From assembly GCA_965207065.1 (NCBI GenBank), contig OZ242260.1, positions 1,376,001-1,440,000 on the forward strand: a stretch of 64,000 bases of DNA, given 5' to 3'. Below are positions 1 to 9,440 of the stretch, piece after piece. Source of the DNA: a bacterium (GTDB lineage Bacteria > UBA8248). A program made the translations under genes and the position numbers. Position 1 is the stretch's first letter. Each line of letters starts with the position of its first letter. The notes under the pieces are model-generated. The model was not told the DNA's origin. It saw only the letters and a program-made list of their open reading frames with translations, and did not search any database.

Positions 1-1
1 G

Positions 2-1381
2 AGCCACGAGCTGCGCGCGCCGCTGGCCTCGATCAAGGGTTCGGCCGCCACGGTGCTCGGTCGCTCGCGGAACTTCGCACCGGCTGAAATCGAACAGTTC
101 TTTCGCATCATCGAGGAGCAGGCCGACCGCATGGACAGCCTGATTGGCGACCTGCTCGACGCCGGGCGCATCGAGACGGGCACGCTCTCGGTCGAGCCCG
201 TGCCCTCGGAGGTGGCGGACCTGCTCGACCGGGCGCGGACCACTTTCCTTTCCGGCGGCGGCCGTCACCGGGTGGTCATCGACCTGCCGCCGGACCTCCC
301 CCCGGTCTTGGCCGACCGGGAGCGCATCGTGCAGGTGCTGAACAACCTGCTCGCCAACGCCGCCCGGTACTCGCCCGAGTCTTCCCCGATCCGGGTCGAG
401 GCGGCCCGCGAGGATGTCCACGTAGCGATAGCGGTCTCCGACGAGGGTCACGGCCTTACACCGGACCGGCTGGCGAAGCTGTTCCGCAAATATGCCCGCG
501 ACGGGGAGCGCTGGGCCGGGGGCGGGCTCGGCCTTGCTATTTGCAAGGGCCTGGTCGAGGCGCATGGTGGTCGCATCCGGGCAGAGAGCGGCGGGCCCGG
601 CCAGGGAGCGTGCTTTACCTTTACCCTCCCGGCGGCTGTCGAGGCCGATCCCGCACCAACCGGCGAAGAGCGGAGCCTGACTGCGGCGCGCCACGAGGGC
701 GGCGAACGAACGCGCATCCTCGTGGTTGACGACGATCCGGAGATATTGCGCTTTGTCCGCGACGCGCTTGGTGAGGCAGGCTATGCCCCGCTGGTGGTGG
801 GCGGCCATGAAGAGCTCGATTACGTCCTCGAAACGGAGAAGCCCGCCCTGGTCCTGCTCGACCTGATGTTGCCGGGGACCGACGGCATCGAACTGATGGA
901 ACAGGTTCCCGGGCTCTCGAACGTCCCGGTCGTTTTCATCTCCGGCTACTGCCGGGACGAGACGATCGCGCGGGCGCTCGAGGCCGGCGCCGAGGACTAC
1001 ATCGTCAAGCCTTTCTCGCCGACAGAGCTGGTGGCGCGGGTCCGGACGGCGCTCCGCCGTCAGGCCGATCCTGACCCCTTCGTGCTGGGTGACCTCGCCA
1101 TCGACTACGCTCGGCGCCGGGTGAGCGTCGGCGGGCGCTCGGTCGCGCTCACGGCAACGGAATACGATCTGCTCCGCGCCCTCTCGCTGGGTGCCGGGCG
1201 GGTGTTGACCTACGAGGCCCTGCTGAGACAGGTCTGGAGCGGGCGGAACAGCGACGCGAAGATCGTGCGGGCCTATGTCAAGCGGCTGCGCAGGAAGCTC
1301 GGCGACGATGCCAGACAGCCCGTCTATATCCTGACCGAGCTTCGAGTCGGCTACCGCATGCCCGGTCCGGATGACCCGTAG
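2..1381 (+). CDS. Hybrid sensor histidine kinase / receiver / OmpR-type winged-helix fusion (5'-truncated by window edge)
   Basis: Frame is open from base 2: SHELRAPLASIKG (H-box), NNLLANAARYS (N-box), DEGHG, GLGLAICK, then receiver (ILVVDDD, LLDLMLPG, KPF) and Trans_reg_C (LTATEYDLL, YVKRLRRKL, VGYRM). Confidence 0.9.
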   Translation, partial: SHELRAPLASIKGSAATVLGRSRNFAPAEIEQFFRIIEEQADRMDSLIGDLLDAGRIETGTLSVEPVPSEVADLLDRARTTFLSGGGRHRVVIDLPPDLPPVLADRERIVQVLNNLLANAARYSPESSPIRVEAAREDVHVAIAVSDEGHGLTPDRLAKLFRKYARDGERWAGGGLGLAICKGLVEAHGGRIRAESGGPGQGACFTFTLPAAVEADPAPTGEERSLTAARHEGGERTRILVVDDDPEILRFVRDALGEAGYAPLVVGGHEELDYVLETEKPALVLLDLMLPGTDGIELMEQVPGLSNVPVVFISGYCRDETIARALEAGAEDYIVKPFSPTELVARVRTALRRQADPDPFVLGDLAIDYARRRVSVGGRSVALTATEYDLLRALSLGAGRVLTYEALLRQVWSGRNSDAKIVRAYVKRLRRKLGDDARQPVYILTELRVGYRMPGPDDP

Positions 1382-1492
1382 CCGCTCGGACGCAGGCGCG
1401 TCGACACCTGAGTGAAGGCGGAACTCTTCGTGCCTTGCCACCACATCCTGTGGTTTTTCGACACGACCAGGCGGTGAGGGTTTGTTGCTGAT

Positions 1493-1568
1493 GGCAGGGA
1501 CAGGCCCCCGTGCCTGTCCTCATGGAGGATAATCAAGGGAGGGGACAACTACAGGGGGTTGTCCCTAC
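1493..1568. repeat. REP-like doublet (GTAG-family palindromes) between convergent genes
   Basis: GCAG-GGACAGGC cccc(gt) GCCTGTCC and the inverted partner GGGACAAC tacaggg GGTTGTCCC-TAC. Confidence 0.6.
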
Positions 1569-2197
1569 AGGCTCACGCTCCCCCCTATCCACTCCTCCGC
1601 CTCCTTCCGAATAGCCGCTTCCTCCGCGCTGTGTTGAAGCACGATGCCTCTGGCGGGCGGGTGGCCGATTTTCGCATTCCGCCAGCAATGGTAGCGGATG
1701 GCCTGGGGATAGCCTGAAAGGTCGATAGAGGCGTAGAACGAGGCGGGAACCTCATCGGGCTTGTAGGGGTCCATCCTGTCTTTCTCGTAGATGTTGGTGC
1801 GCTTCCATATGCGCCACGCGCCGTCTCGTTTTTCGAGCAGGGCGAGTACGCGGCTCCAGGTGGTGAAATCAAGCTCCACGCCGTCGATGAGCCTCCTCTG
1901 GTAGAGGATCAGGTCGTGCTCACCCACTGCGCGCACGCCTGCCAGGCGCACCCAGGGGTTCGTGACGGTGTGCTTCTGGCTCTCGCCGGGGTGGCGGGCG
2001 ATCTTCATCTTTTTCGCGGCGTCGACGAATTCATCCCGCGATCCGCTGAACCACGAAGTTGTGAGCGAGGCGTCCGGGTGATAGCACTGGCGCCACTCCT
2101 CCCAGAGGCCTGCGTCGCGCGCGTAGTTTACGACTGAGAGAACGTCCTTTATCTCGCTCCTGTCGGCGTTCTCCTGAATTCTCCTCTCCGCGTCCAT
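1565..2197 (-). CDS. SnoaL-like / NTF2-family protein
   Basis: YARDAGLWEEWRQCYHPDA, H-x-VTN, LEKRDGAWRIWKR pattern; GGAGG RBS. Confidence 0.75.
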   Translation of the reverse strand: MDAERRIQENADRSEIKDVLSVVNYARDAGLWEEWRQCYHPDASLTTSWFSGSRDEFVDAAKKMKIARHPGESQKHTVTNPWVRLAGVRAVGEHDLILYQRRLIDGVELDFTTWSRVLALLEKRDGAWRIWKRTNIYEKDRMDPYKPDEVPASFYASIDLSGYPQAIRYHCWRNAKIGHPPARGIVLQHSAEEAAIRKEAEEWIGGSVSL

Positions 2198-2206
2198 GGC
2201 GCCTCC

Positions 2207-2623
2207 TCACACGAACTCGTGTACTTCGGCGAACATGCCTTTCACGATTCCCCCGCTCAGGTGGCCGACGAGAACCTCTCCCGGCTGGTAGGGGCCGCCG
2301 CTCAGCGCCAGGTGTAAGTGGATGTAGGGCCGGGGTTCCTCCCAGGTCTCATCCCCCCGGACGGCGGGCGGCTGTTCGGGCCAGGAGATGTTCCCCACGG
2401 CGATGAGTTCGCGCCAGTCGTGGAAATAGCGCAGCGCCGATGGGCCGATGATGTCTCTAAAACCCGTTCGGATGTCCGATTCCTTGAGCGCGCCGAACAC
2501 GATGAGCGAGGCGCTCCGTATGTTCTTCTCCATGACGAAACGCTCGAACTCCCCGAAAAAATCATCGTCCTCATCGAATTCCAGATGAAAGACGCGGCCT
2601 AGTTTTTTTTCTTCCGCTCGCAT
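2207..2623 (-). CDS. PPC/DUF296 domain protein
   Basis: ELIAVGNIS, HLHLALS, GHLSGG motifs; start MRAEEKKLG follows the upstream stop. Confidence 0.75.
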   Translation of the reverse strand: MRAEEKKLGRVFHLEFDEDDDFFGEFERFVMEKNIRSASLIVFGALKESDIRTGFRDIIGPSALRYFHDWRELIAVGNISWPEQPPAVRGDETWEEPRPYIHLHLALSGGPYQPGEVLVGHLSGGIVKGMFAEVHEFV

Positions 2624-2625
2624 CG

Positions 2626-3489
2626 CTATCCCTCCTTCACCTCCGCGTAGAGGTTCTCGAGTCCCCGGCGGAAAGTCCGCCTCCTGTGCGCGACCCACGA
2701 TTCGCCCCGCCCCGTATCGGACCAGAAGAACTTCTCGAACGAATCGTCGGTTGAGGCTTCATCCTGCGTCATGCCCTTTTCCACCAATCCCTCCATCATC
2801 CCCCACATCTCCTCGAATTCGTTCCGGAAACGCCGCACTTCCCCGATCCCGCATATCTCCCCGTGGCCGGGGACGACGTGCGCAGCGGGCAGGCTCTCCA
2901 TCCACGCGAGCGCCCCGATCCACTCTCTAAAACGCGCTTCGCGCATCCCGGGGCCCGGTTCGTTGATCATCACGTCGCCCGTGAAGATGACGCCTTCCTC
3001 GGGCACGTACACCGAACTGCAGGCGGGCGTATGGCCGCCCAGGCGGTAAATCTCGAACGTCAGGGGATGTAAGTGGAGCGTCATCCCTTGATCGAAGCAG
3101 ACTTGCGGCAGGGGGAGGACGGCTTCCGCGATTTCCTTCGCCTCATCATGCGCGCCGATGTCATCCAATGTGTTGATGAAGGTCTCGCGTCCGGCGAGGG
3201 GGTTATCCTTCGCGGCGAGCGCATCGAATACGCGCTGGGGCGCGATGGAGACCACCCCCGCATCCTCGATGAATGCGGAGCCGATGGTGTGATCGCCGTG
3301 ATAATCGGTCGAGATGCGGTAGCGGATGCCTTTGGGGCTGAGCGCCCTCAGTTCTTCCTGCCAGCTCCTCGAATCCGATGGCCGCACGGGGCAGTCGATG
3401 AGCACCACGCCGGCCTCGGTGACGCCCGCACCCACGTTCGCCCACAGATATCCCGTCTCCGCCACCAGGTGATCGCTCAGGCGCCGCAT
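2626..3489 (-). CDS. MBL-fold metallo-hydrolase
   Basis: VLID, TDYHGDH (HxHxDH variant), GGHTP, FTGD, VPGHG. Confidence 0.85.
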   Translation of the reverse strand: MRRLSDHLVAETGYLWANVGAGVTEAGVVLIDCPVRPSDSRSWQEELRALSPKGIRYRISTDYHGDHTIGSAFIEDAGVVSIAPQRVFDALAAKDNPLAGRETFINTLDDIGAHDEAKEIAEAVLPLPQVCFDQGMTLHLHPLTFEIYRLGGHTPACSSVYVPEEGVIFTGDVMINEPGPGMREARFREWIGALAWMESLPAAHVVPGHGEICGIGEVRRFRNEFEEMWGMMEGLVEKGMTQDEASTDDSFEKFFWSDTGRGESWVAHRRRTFRRGLENLYAEVKEG

Positions 3490-3578
3490 ATCCCGTTCCG
3501 CCTCTTTGTAAACGCCGGAGCGGGGGCGCGAAACGCACCCCCGCCCTCATGGTTGCTTCCCCGCGATCGTCCGGATCT

Positions 3579-4568
3579 TCAGTTTCTGATCTTCACTCCG
3601 GCGTTCTTGTAGATATCCTTGTTGCTCTCGTATTCCGCTCTCACCTCTTTCAGGAGCTTCTCGCCGACGACCGGTTCGGCCTTGACGCCCATCTTCCTGA
3701 GCAGGCGTTTGAAGGTCTTGTCCTTCGCCATCTTGAGCAGGGCCTTCGTCAGGATGTCGATGCGGTCCTTGGGCGTTCCCGCCGGCGCCATGATGATGCG
3801 CTTCGACGACAGCAGAAGGTCGACCCCCTGCTCTCTGAAGGTCGGCACGTCAGGGAAAAGCGGGAAGCGCTTGGCGGCGGCGACGCCCAGAAGGCGGATT
3901 TTGCCGGATTTGTAGTTCGAGAGAACGCCGCCCGTCGCCGGGTTGGCGCCTGCGGTTTGTACGTGTCCGCCCAGCATGGCCTTCATGGCCGGACCGCCGC
4001 CTCGGAAGGGAACATGGGGCAACTTCGTCTTCGTGGCGTATGCGATCTTGAGCATCATGGTGTGGCTCAGGCCATACGTCCCCGTGGAGCCGTGCTTGAT
4101 CTTGCCTTTGCTCTTTTTCGCCGCGGCGATGTATTCCTTGAAATTCTTCCAGGGCTGGCTCCCCAGCGTGGCGAGCAAGTAGGGGAGTTCGTTGATCTGG
4201 AACACGGGGATGAAATCCTTGAACGGGTCAAAACCCATGTCCTTCACGTGGGGCGACATGTAGAGATGGCTGTTCGCGCCCATCAAGAGGGTGTAGCCGT
4301 CCGGCTTGGCGCGCTTGAGCGCTCCCATCCCTATCTTTCCGCCGCCGCCCGGCATGAGCTGCACGTAGGCAGGCTGACCGATGTACTGGTGAAGCACGCT
4401 CGCCACGGCGCGCGAGTGCAGGTCGTGCGATCCCCCCGCGCCCAGGGGCACGATGATCTTGATGGGTTTCGAGGGGTACTTCTCCGCCGCGGCGGGCAGA
4501 GCGGTGAAGGTGAGGAGCCCGAGCGACAAGACTACCGCCAGGGCGATCTTCCATGATTTGCGCATCAT
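3579..4568 (-). CDS. tctC: Tripartite tricarboxylate transporter substrate-binding protein (TctC/Bug)
   Basis: Signal peptide, YPSKPIKIIVPLGAGGSHD, AKPDGYTL, VPFRGGG, PDVPTFREQG. Confidence 0.9.
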   Translation of the reverse strand: MMRKSWKIALAVVLSLGLLTFTALPAAAEKYPSKPIKIIVPLGAGGSHDLHSRAVASVLHQYIGQPAYVQLMPGGGGKIGMGALKRAKPDGYTLLMGANSHLYMSPHVKDMGFDPFKDFIPVFQINELPYLLATLGSQPWKNFKEYIAAAKKSKGKIKHGSTGTYGLSHTMMLKIAYATKTKLPHVPFRGGGPAMKAMLGGHVQTAGANPATGGVLSNYKSGKIRLLGVAAAKRFPLFPDVPTFREQGVDLLLSSKRIIMAPAGTPKDRIDILTKALLKMAKDKTFKRLLRKMGVKAEPVVGEKLLKEVRAEYESNKDIYKNAGVKIRN

Positions 4569-6103
4569 TTTGGTTCCTCCTTTGAAATGTTCGAATCAGC
4601 TACCGGTTGCGGTCTTAAGGTCTCGGCCCATGGTCGCTTCCAAATGCTCGTCACCAGCATGAGTATGGTCAAGCCGATGAAAAACGCCGCGATGGGGCGG
4701 GTGATGAAAACGGAATAATCGCCGTCGGAAATGATGAGCGCCTGCTGTAAGGCTTCCTCCGCCCGGGGCGCCAGGATGAACGCGATGACGAGCGGGGCCA
4801 TCGGAAATTTGAGTTTTCTGAACCCGTATCCGAACAGGCCCGCGACGAGCGCCAGCACGAGGTCACCCAGGTTGCTGTGATAGACGTACGCGCCCACCAG
4901 ACAGGAAACGATGATGCCCGGCACCAGTAACGACTGGCGGATGGTGACGATCTTGGCGAACATGCCCGTCAAGAGCCAGCCCTGGACCAGCATGATGGGG
5001 TTCCCTATCAGCAGCAGTGTGAAGATGGCGTACATCATGGGGGCGTGTTCCTGGAACAGGCTCGGTCCCGGCCGCAGCCCCTGGGCGATGAACGCGCCCA
5101 TGAGTATCGCGGCGCTCGGATCTCCCGGGATGCCGAACGTGAGGGTGGGTATCAGGTCCGCGCCCGCCACCGCGCTGTTGGCGGCTTCTGAGGCCGCGAC
5201 GCCCTCATAGCTGCCGTGGCCGTATTCTTCTGGTTTCTTGGAAGCCCGTTTCGCCGCCGCGTAGCTCACGAAGGTGGCGATGGCCGCTCCCGTGCCCGGA
5301 ATCGCGCCGACGAAGGTGCCGATCATCGACGAGCGCAGGATGGTGCGCGCCGAATGCCATACCTCGACGATCTTGAGTGTCCTGCCGCCTTTCAAGTGCA
5401 GGGTATCGGGCGGGCTCGAGAGGACGGAAGCCTTTTTTTCCGCTTGTATGAAAACCTCGCTCACGGCGAACAGCCCGATGAGCAGGGGTACCACTCCAAT
5501 CCCTTCGGCCAGTCCATGAAGACCGAACGTAAAGCGCTCCCCGCCCGAGATGATGTCCGTGCCCACCATTCCGAGTTGGAGTCCGATGATGGCCGACAGA
5601 ACACCCTTCACCAGGGAGGCGCCCGTCACGCTGGAGATGATGGCCAGCCCCATGAGCAGGAGCCCGAAGAACTCGGTCGGCCCGAATAGGAGCGCCACCG
5701 CCGCCAGCGGAAGCGCCGCCAGTATGAGAACGAGATCGCTGAAGGTATCGCCTATGGTGGAGGAGTAGAGCGCCATCTGGATCGCGCTCCTCGCCTCGCC
5801 TTTTTGCGCGAGCGGAAACCCGTCCATACAGGTTGCCGCCGCAGGCGCGGTTCCCGGCGTGTTCACCAGAATCGCGGGGATGGAGCCTCCGAAGAGCGTC
5901 CCCTTGTGAATCCCCAGCAAGAAGGGAATGCCCAGCACGGGCGGCATGAAGAATGAAAAAGGTACCAGGATCGCGGTCGCCATCACGCTGGTGAGCCCTG
6001 GAATCGCGCCCACCGTGATGCCCACGAAGACCCCCAGCGCTATCATGGCGATGCCCTGCCACGTGAGCGCCATCGTAACTCCCTGGATTATCTGCTCGAA
6101 CAT
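4565..6103 (-). CDS. tctA: Tripartite tricarboxylate transporter large permease TctA
   Basis: GAIPGLT, GGSIPAILVNTPGT, DGFPLAQKG, EAANSA, PTLTFGIPG. Confidence 0.92.
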   Translation of the reverse strand: MFEQIIQGVTMALTWQGIAMIALGVFVGITVGAIPGLTSVMATAILVPFSFFMPPVLGIPFLLGIHKGTLFGGSIPAILVNTPGTAPAAATCMDGFPLAQKGEARSAIQMALYSSTIGDTFSDLVLILAALPLAAVALLFGPTEFFGLLLMGLAIISSVTGASLVKGVLSAIIGLQLGMVGTDIISGGERFTFGLHGLAEGIGVVPLLIGLFAVSEVFIQAEKKASVLSSPPDTLHLKGGRTLKIVEVWHSARTILRSSMIGTFVGAIPGTGAAIATFVSYAAAKRASKKPEEYGHGSYEGVAASEAANSAVAGADLIPTLTFGIPGDPSAAILMGAFIAQGLRPGPSLFQEHAPMMYAIFTLLLIGNPIMLVQGWLLTGMFAKIVTIRQSLLVPGIIVSCLVGAYVYHSNLGDLVLALVAGLFGYGFRKLKFPMAPLVIAFILAPRAEEALQQALIISDGDYSVFITRPIAAFFIGLTILMLVTSIWKRPWAETLRPQPVADSNISKEEPK

Positions 6104-6110
6104 ACGCGCC

Positions 6111-6593
6111 CTAACTGAAGAGGCTGCCCTCGGGCAGCGCCAGCTTGAAGGCGAACCAGAAGAAATAGTTCACCACGAGAGGAAACAGAATCGACATCGC
6201 CGCGACGTAGCGCCAGTCGCGCGTGCCCATGGACACAACAAGGATTGCGAGAAAAACGGGCGTACTCGCCAGAAAGCCGAAATACGCCATGGACTCGACG
6301 TAAACGTAGCAAAGAACGAATACGGCGCTGACTTGCAAGAGCGCCCTTTTGCCCGATATCACCTGCCCGCCAGATTCACTCCGCCTGAGAGCCCCGAACA
6401 GGAACATCGCGCTCACCAGCCCGAAGGTGACGACGGCGGAGGTGGGGAAGAAGGTAGGCAGGAAGACGGCGTTCGAGACTTCTTCGGGCGGAATGGAGTA
6501 TTGAATCTGAGTGGGAATGATATAGAAAAAGCCGATGACGCTATAGAGTATGAAAATGACGGCTGTGTAAATATCGGCTTTCCGCACGTCCAA
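6111..6593 (-). CDS. tctB: Tripartite tricarboxylate transporter small permease TctB
   Basis: Small multi-TM protein, GFLAST, ends FKLALPEG; upstream of tctA. Confidence 0.8.
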   Translation of the reverse strand: MDVRKADIYTAVIFILYSVIGFFYIIPTQIQYSIPPEEVSNAVFLPTFFPTSAVVTFGLVSAMFLFGALRRSESGGQVISGKRALLQVSAVFVLCYVYVESMAYFGFLASTPVFLAILVVSMGTRDWRYVAAMSILFPLVVNYFFWFAFKLALPEGSLFS

Positions 6594-6882
6594 CCCTCTT
6601 CACGGATATGGAACTGGCGGCGTCCTCATTCATGCCGCCTTCGAGGAGGGGCTTTGACTCCAGGACGCTTCAATCTTTTTGCATCTTCTCTTTGTATGGG
6701 AAAAAGACTAACAAGAAACGGCGCGCGTGTCATCCTGAAGTGAGGTTCGAAATCGGGTTCTCACTTTGGGAAGCCTTCTGAGACGAAATCCTTAGAATGG
6801 CGTGAAAGATTACGCCCATTGTGGGAAGATGAACCCTTCACCGGAAAATTTCTGAAACACGCATTCGATGAGGAGCCATCCC

Positions 6883-7536
6883 GTGTCCAGAGTTCCGTTG
6901 CTCGAAAGCGAAAGCGCCGAGGGCGAAGTCGCGCGCACTTTCGAAATCCTGGAAAACTTTCAGCGCAGGCAGGTCAATTCCACCCGGGCGACGGCGCACT
7001 CTCCGTTTTTGGCGCGCATCTTTTATCCGCTCGTCCAGACCCTGATGCGCGAGGGGCTGGGCACCGTGCTGTCTTCGAAGATCAAAGAGATCGCGGTCAT
7101 CAAGACCAGTCAGATGAACGGATGCGACTACTGACTCGCCCACAACACCGCTCTCGGCCGGGTGCTGGGAATCACGGATGAGCACGTCGCCGCCATAGGC
7201 TCGGACGACTACATGGATTCGCCGCTCCTGAGTCCTGAGGAGAAGGCGACCGTCCTGTGGGCCGAACACGTCACGCGCAACACCGCCAAATCAAGAGACG
7301 ACATAGCCGAGGACGTGCAAGAGCATTTCACGGACGCCGAGTTCGTGGAGCTCACCTTCGTTATCAGCTACTTCAACATGAGAAACCGCTATCATGACTC
7401 TCTCAAACTGCCGAACGATGAGATTGAAGTCATTGAGGACGTGGGCCGTCTCCGGCCCGACCCGGCGAAGCTCAAGGCGTTCTTGCAGGAAGTTCTCGAC
7501 AACTGGCCGGACGCCTTCCCCGAACCCAACGAGTAG
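6883..7536 (+). CDS. AhpD/carboxymuconolactone-decarboxylase-family selenoprotein (CxxU; Sec at TGA 7132-7134)
   Basis: ORFs 6868-7134 and 7162-7536 are in frame, separated only by TGA. Readthrough gives KEIAVIKTSQMNGCDY-U-LAHNTALGRVLGIT, the CMD-family CxYCxxH motif with the second Cys as U. GTG start after AGGAG. Confidence 0.85.
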
Positions 7537-7574
7537 GAACATCCATGAACCACGTCAAAGAGGAGAACCGATAA

Positions 7575-8300
7575 ATGGACCGAGGAATCTGGGCGGTATG
7601 GTACGACCTTCCCGAAGAGGGAGCGGATGAATACATCTCATGGCTTCATGAGGTCCACATCCCCGAAGCGCTCGGGCGTCCGGGCTACCTGTGGGCGGCG
7701 CACGTGAAGAACATCGTCACGCCCGAGCGTGAGGAGCGAATCCGGGGAGTCGTCCACCACACGGACGACGCGAGCGTTCCCACCGGCGTTCAGTACCTGA
7801 TGCTCTATGGCGCATTGGGCCCCACCGTTTTTTTGGACCCCAGTCCCGAGCAGATGGCGGAGAAGATGACGGCGGATGACCGGGAAATGCTCAACCGGCG
7901 ATTGAACGCGCGATCCTGCGTCTTCATGGAACACAACCGCATCAATGGGCCAGAGTTCAAATCCCGCGCGCCGGGCATCACACCCGGTCCCGGCATCCAG
8001 TTCGGGACCTTCAACATCAACGCCGTCGAGAACGAAGACGAGCTCGGCTGCTGGTACGCCCAGGTGCGGATGCCGCGCTTGACGAGCATGGAAGGCTGCG
8101 TCGGCGCGCGGAATCTCGTATCGGTCTCGGGTTGGGCCAAGCACGGGATTCTCTATGAGTGGGTATCCCTGGAATCGCTCCAGAAGAATTTCACGACGGA
8201 GAAGATACCCCGCTCGCGCCAGGCGGTGAACACCCTCGTCCACGCGCCCAGTTCCCCCAGCGTGGGTGAGCGCATCTGGCCGCCGGCTGGGGATGCGTGA
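7575..8300 (+). CDS. Hypothetical protein, possibly duplicated EthD/DUF4286-like alpha-beta barrel
   Basis: Two similar units (WLHEVHIPEALGRPGYLWA; WYAQVRMPRLTSMEGCVGA); AGGAG RBS; follows the AhpD-like gene. Confidence 0.6.
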   Translation: MDRGIWAVWYDLPEEGADEYISWLHEVHIPEALGRPGYLWAAHVKNIVTPEREERIRGVVHHTDDASVPTGVQYLMLYGALGPTVFLDPSPEQMAEKMTADDREMLNRRLNARSCVFMEHNRINGPEFKSRAPGITPGPGIQFGTFNINAVENEDELGCWYAQVRMPRLTSMEGCVGARNLVSVSGWAKHGILYEWVSLESLQKNFTTEKIPRSRQAVNTLVHAPSSPSVGERIWPPAGDA

Positions 8301-8471
8301 ACGGAAACACCCGGGACTAACTATAGGAGACAACGAGCCTCACAGGGCTTCGGATTTAGTTGATCGAAAACGTGAAAATCGACCCTGTAATCCTCTAACC
8401 TATTGATTATTTTGTTAATATTTAGTTGATAGGTAGTTGATGGAAAATAGCTTTGGCGCAAAGGCCAAGTA

Positions 8472-9410
8472 TCAGCATCCGGGCGCCACGACGGTGTTTT
8501 GCAGCCTGCCGAGCCCTTCCACCTCGATTTCCACGACGTCGCCGGGCTTCAGGAACTCGGGGTTCTCCCGCGCGTAGGCCACTCCGCTCGGCGTGCCCGT
8601 CATGAGCAGATCGCCTACCTCCAGCGTCGTGCCCAGCGAGAGGACGTGCACCAGGGTCGGAATGTCGTGGATCATGTTCGAGGTGCTGGATTCCTGGCGA
8701 AGCTCCCCGTTCACCCAGGTGCGTAGCATGACGTTCATCGGGTCGCCGAAGTATTCCTTCGGCACGATGTAGGGGCCCATCGGACAGTGTGTGTCCATGG
8801 ATTTTCCCTTCGCCCCCTTGTGCATGCGCTGGCGATCGCGCGCGGGCGTGTCGTTGCCGTTGGTGTAGCCGAAAACGTGGTCGTAGACGTCTTCCTTCTC
8901 GATGTTGATCCCCCCGCGCCCGATGACCACGGTGAGTTCTCCCTCATAATCCAGGGCCTCGGTGGCGCGGTGGTGGACGATGCCGCCCCGGTGGGGAAGC
9001 AGCGTCGTGTGGGGTTTCGAGAACAGGACGGGATGATCCACATAAACCGAATCGCGCGCCAGTGTCTTCGCGCCTATGCCCTCCTGTCCGTGCTCGTGGT
9101 AGTTCACCCCCTGGCAATTCACGTTTTTTGGCGGGTAAGGGATGGGCGGCAGATACCTCACCTCCCCCTCGGGCAGAAAAGACCCCGCACCCTCTTGCGC
9201 TTCCTTGAGCTTCGGGGCTTCGGCGAGCATCTCCTCCAGGACGGGGCGCAGCCTCGGCCACTGGACGATTAAGCCAATCATCGTCGAGGGGAACGGCTCT
9301 CCCGGACGGAAACGGGCCGACAGAAGAGGCAGATCTGCCACCGTATCTTCTCCTGCCAGCGCACCGATGCTCCCGCCTCCCCAGGCGGTGCTATACGATA
9401 ACAACTTCAT
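8472..9410 (-). CDS. Fumarylacetoacetate hydrolase family protein
   Basis: GVNYHEH, LDYEGEL, GYTNGND, KGKSMDT, TGTPSGV. Confidence 0.92.
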   Translation of the reverse strand: MKLLSYSTAWGGGSIGALAGEDTVADLPLLSARFRPGEPFPSTMIGLIVQWPRLRPVLEEMLAEAPKLKEAQEGAGSFLPEGEVRYLPPIPYPPKNVNCQGVNYHEHGQEGIGAKTLARDSVYVDHPVLFSKPHTTLLPHRGGIVHHRATEALDYEGELTVVIGRGGINIEKEDVYDHVFGYTNGNDTPARDRQRMHKGAKGKSMDTHCPMGPYIVPKEYFGDPMNVMLRTWVNGELRQESSTSNMIHDIPTLVHVLSLGTTLEVGDLLMTGTPSGVAYARENPEFLKPGDVVEIEVEGLGRLQNTVVAPGC

Positions 9411-9440
9411 TCACTATCTCCCGGGAATCCCCCAAAATCG

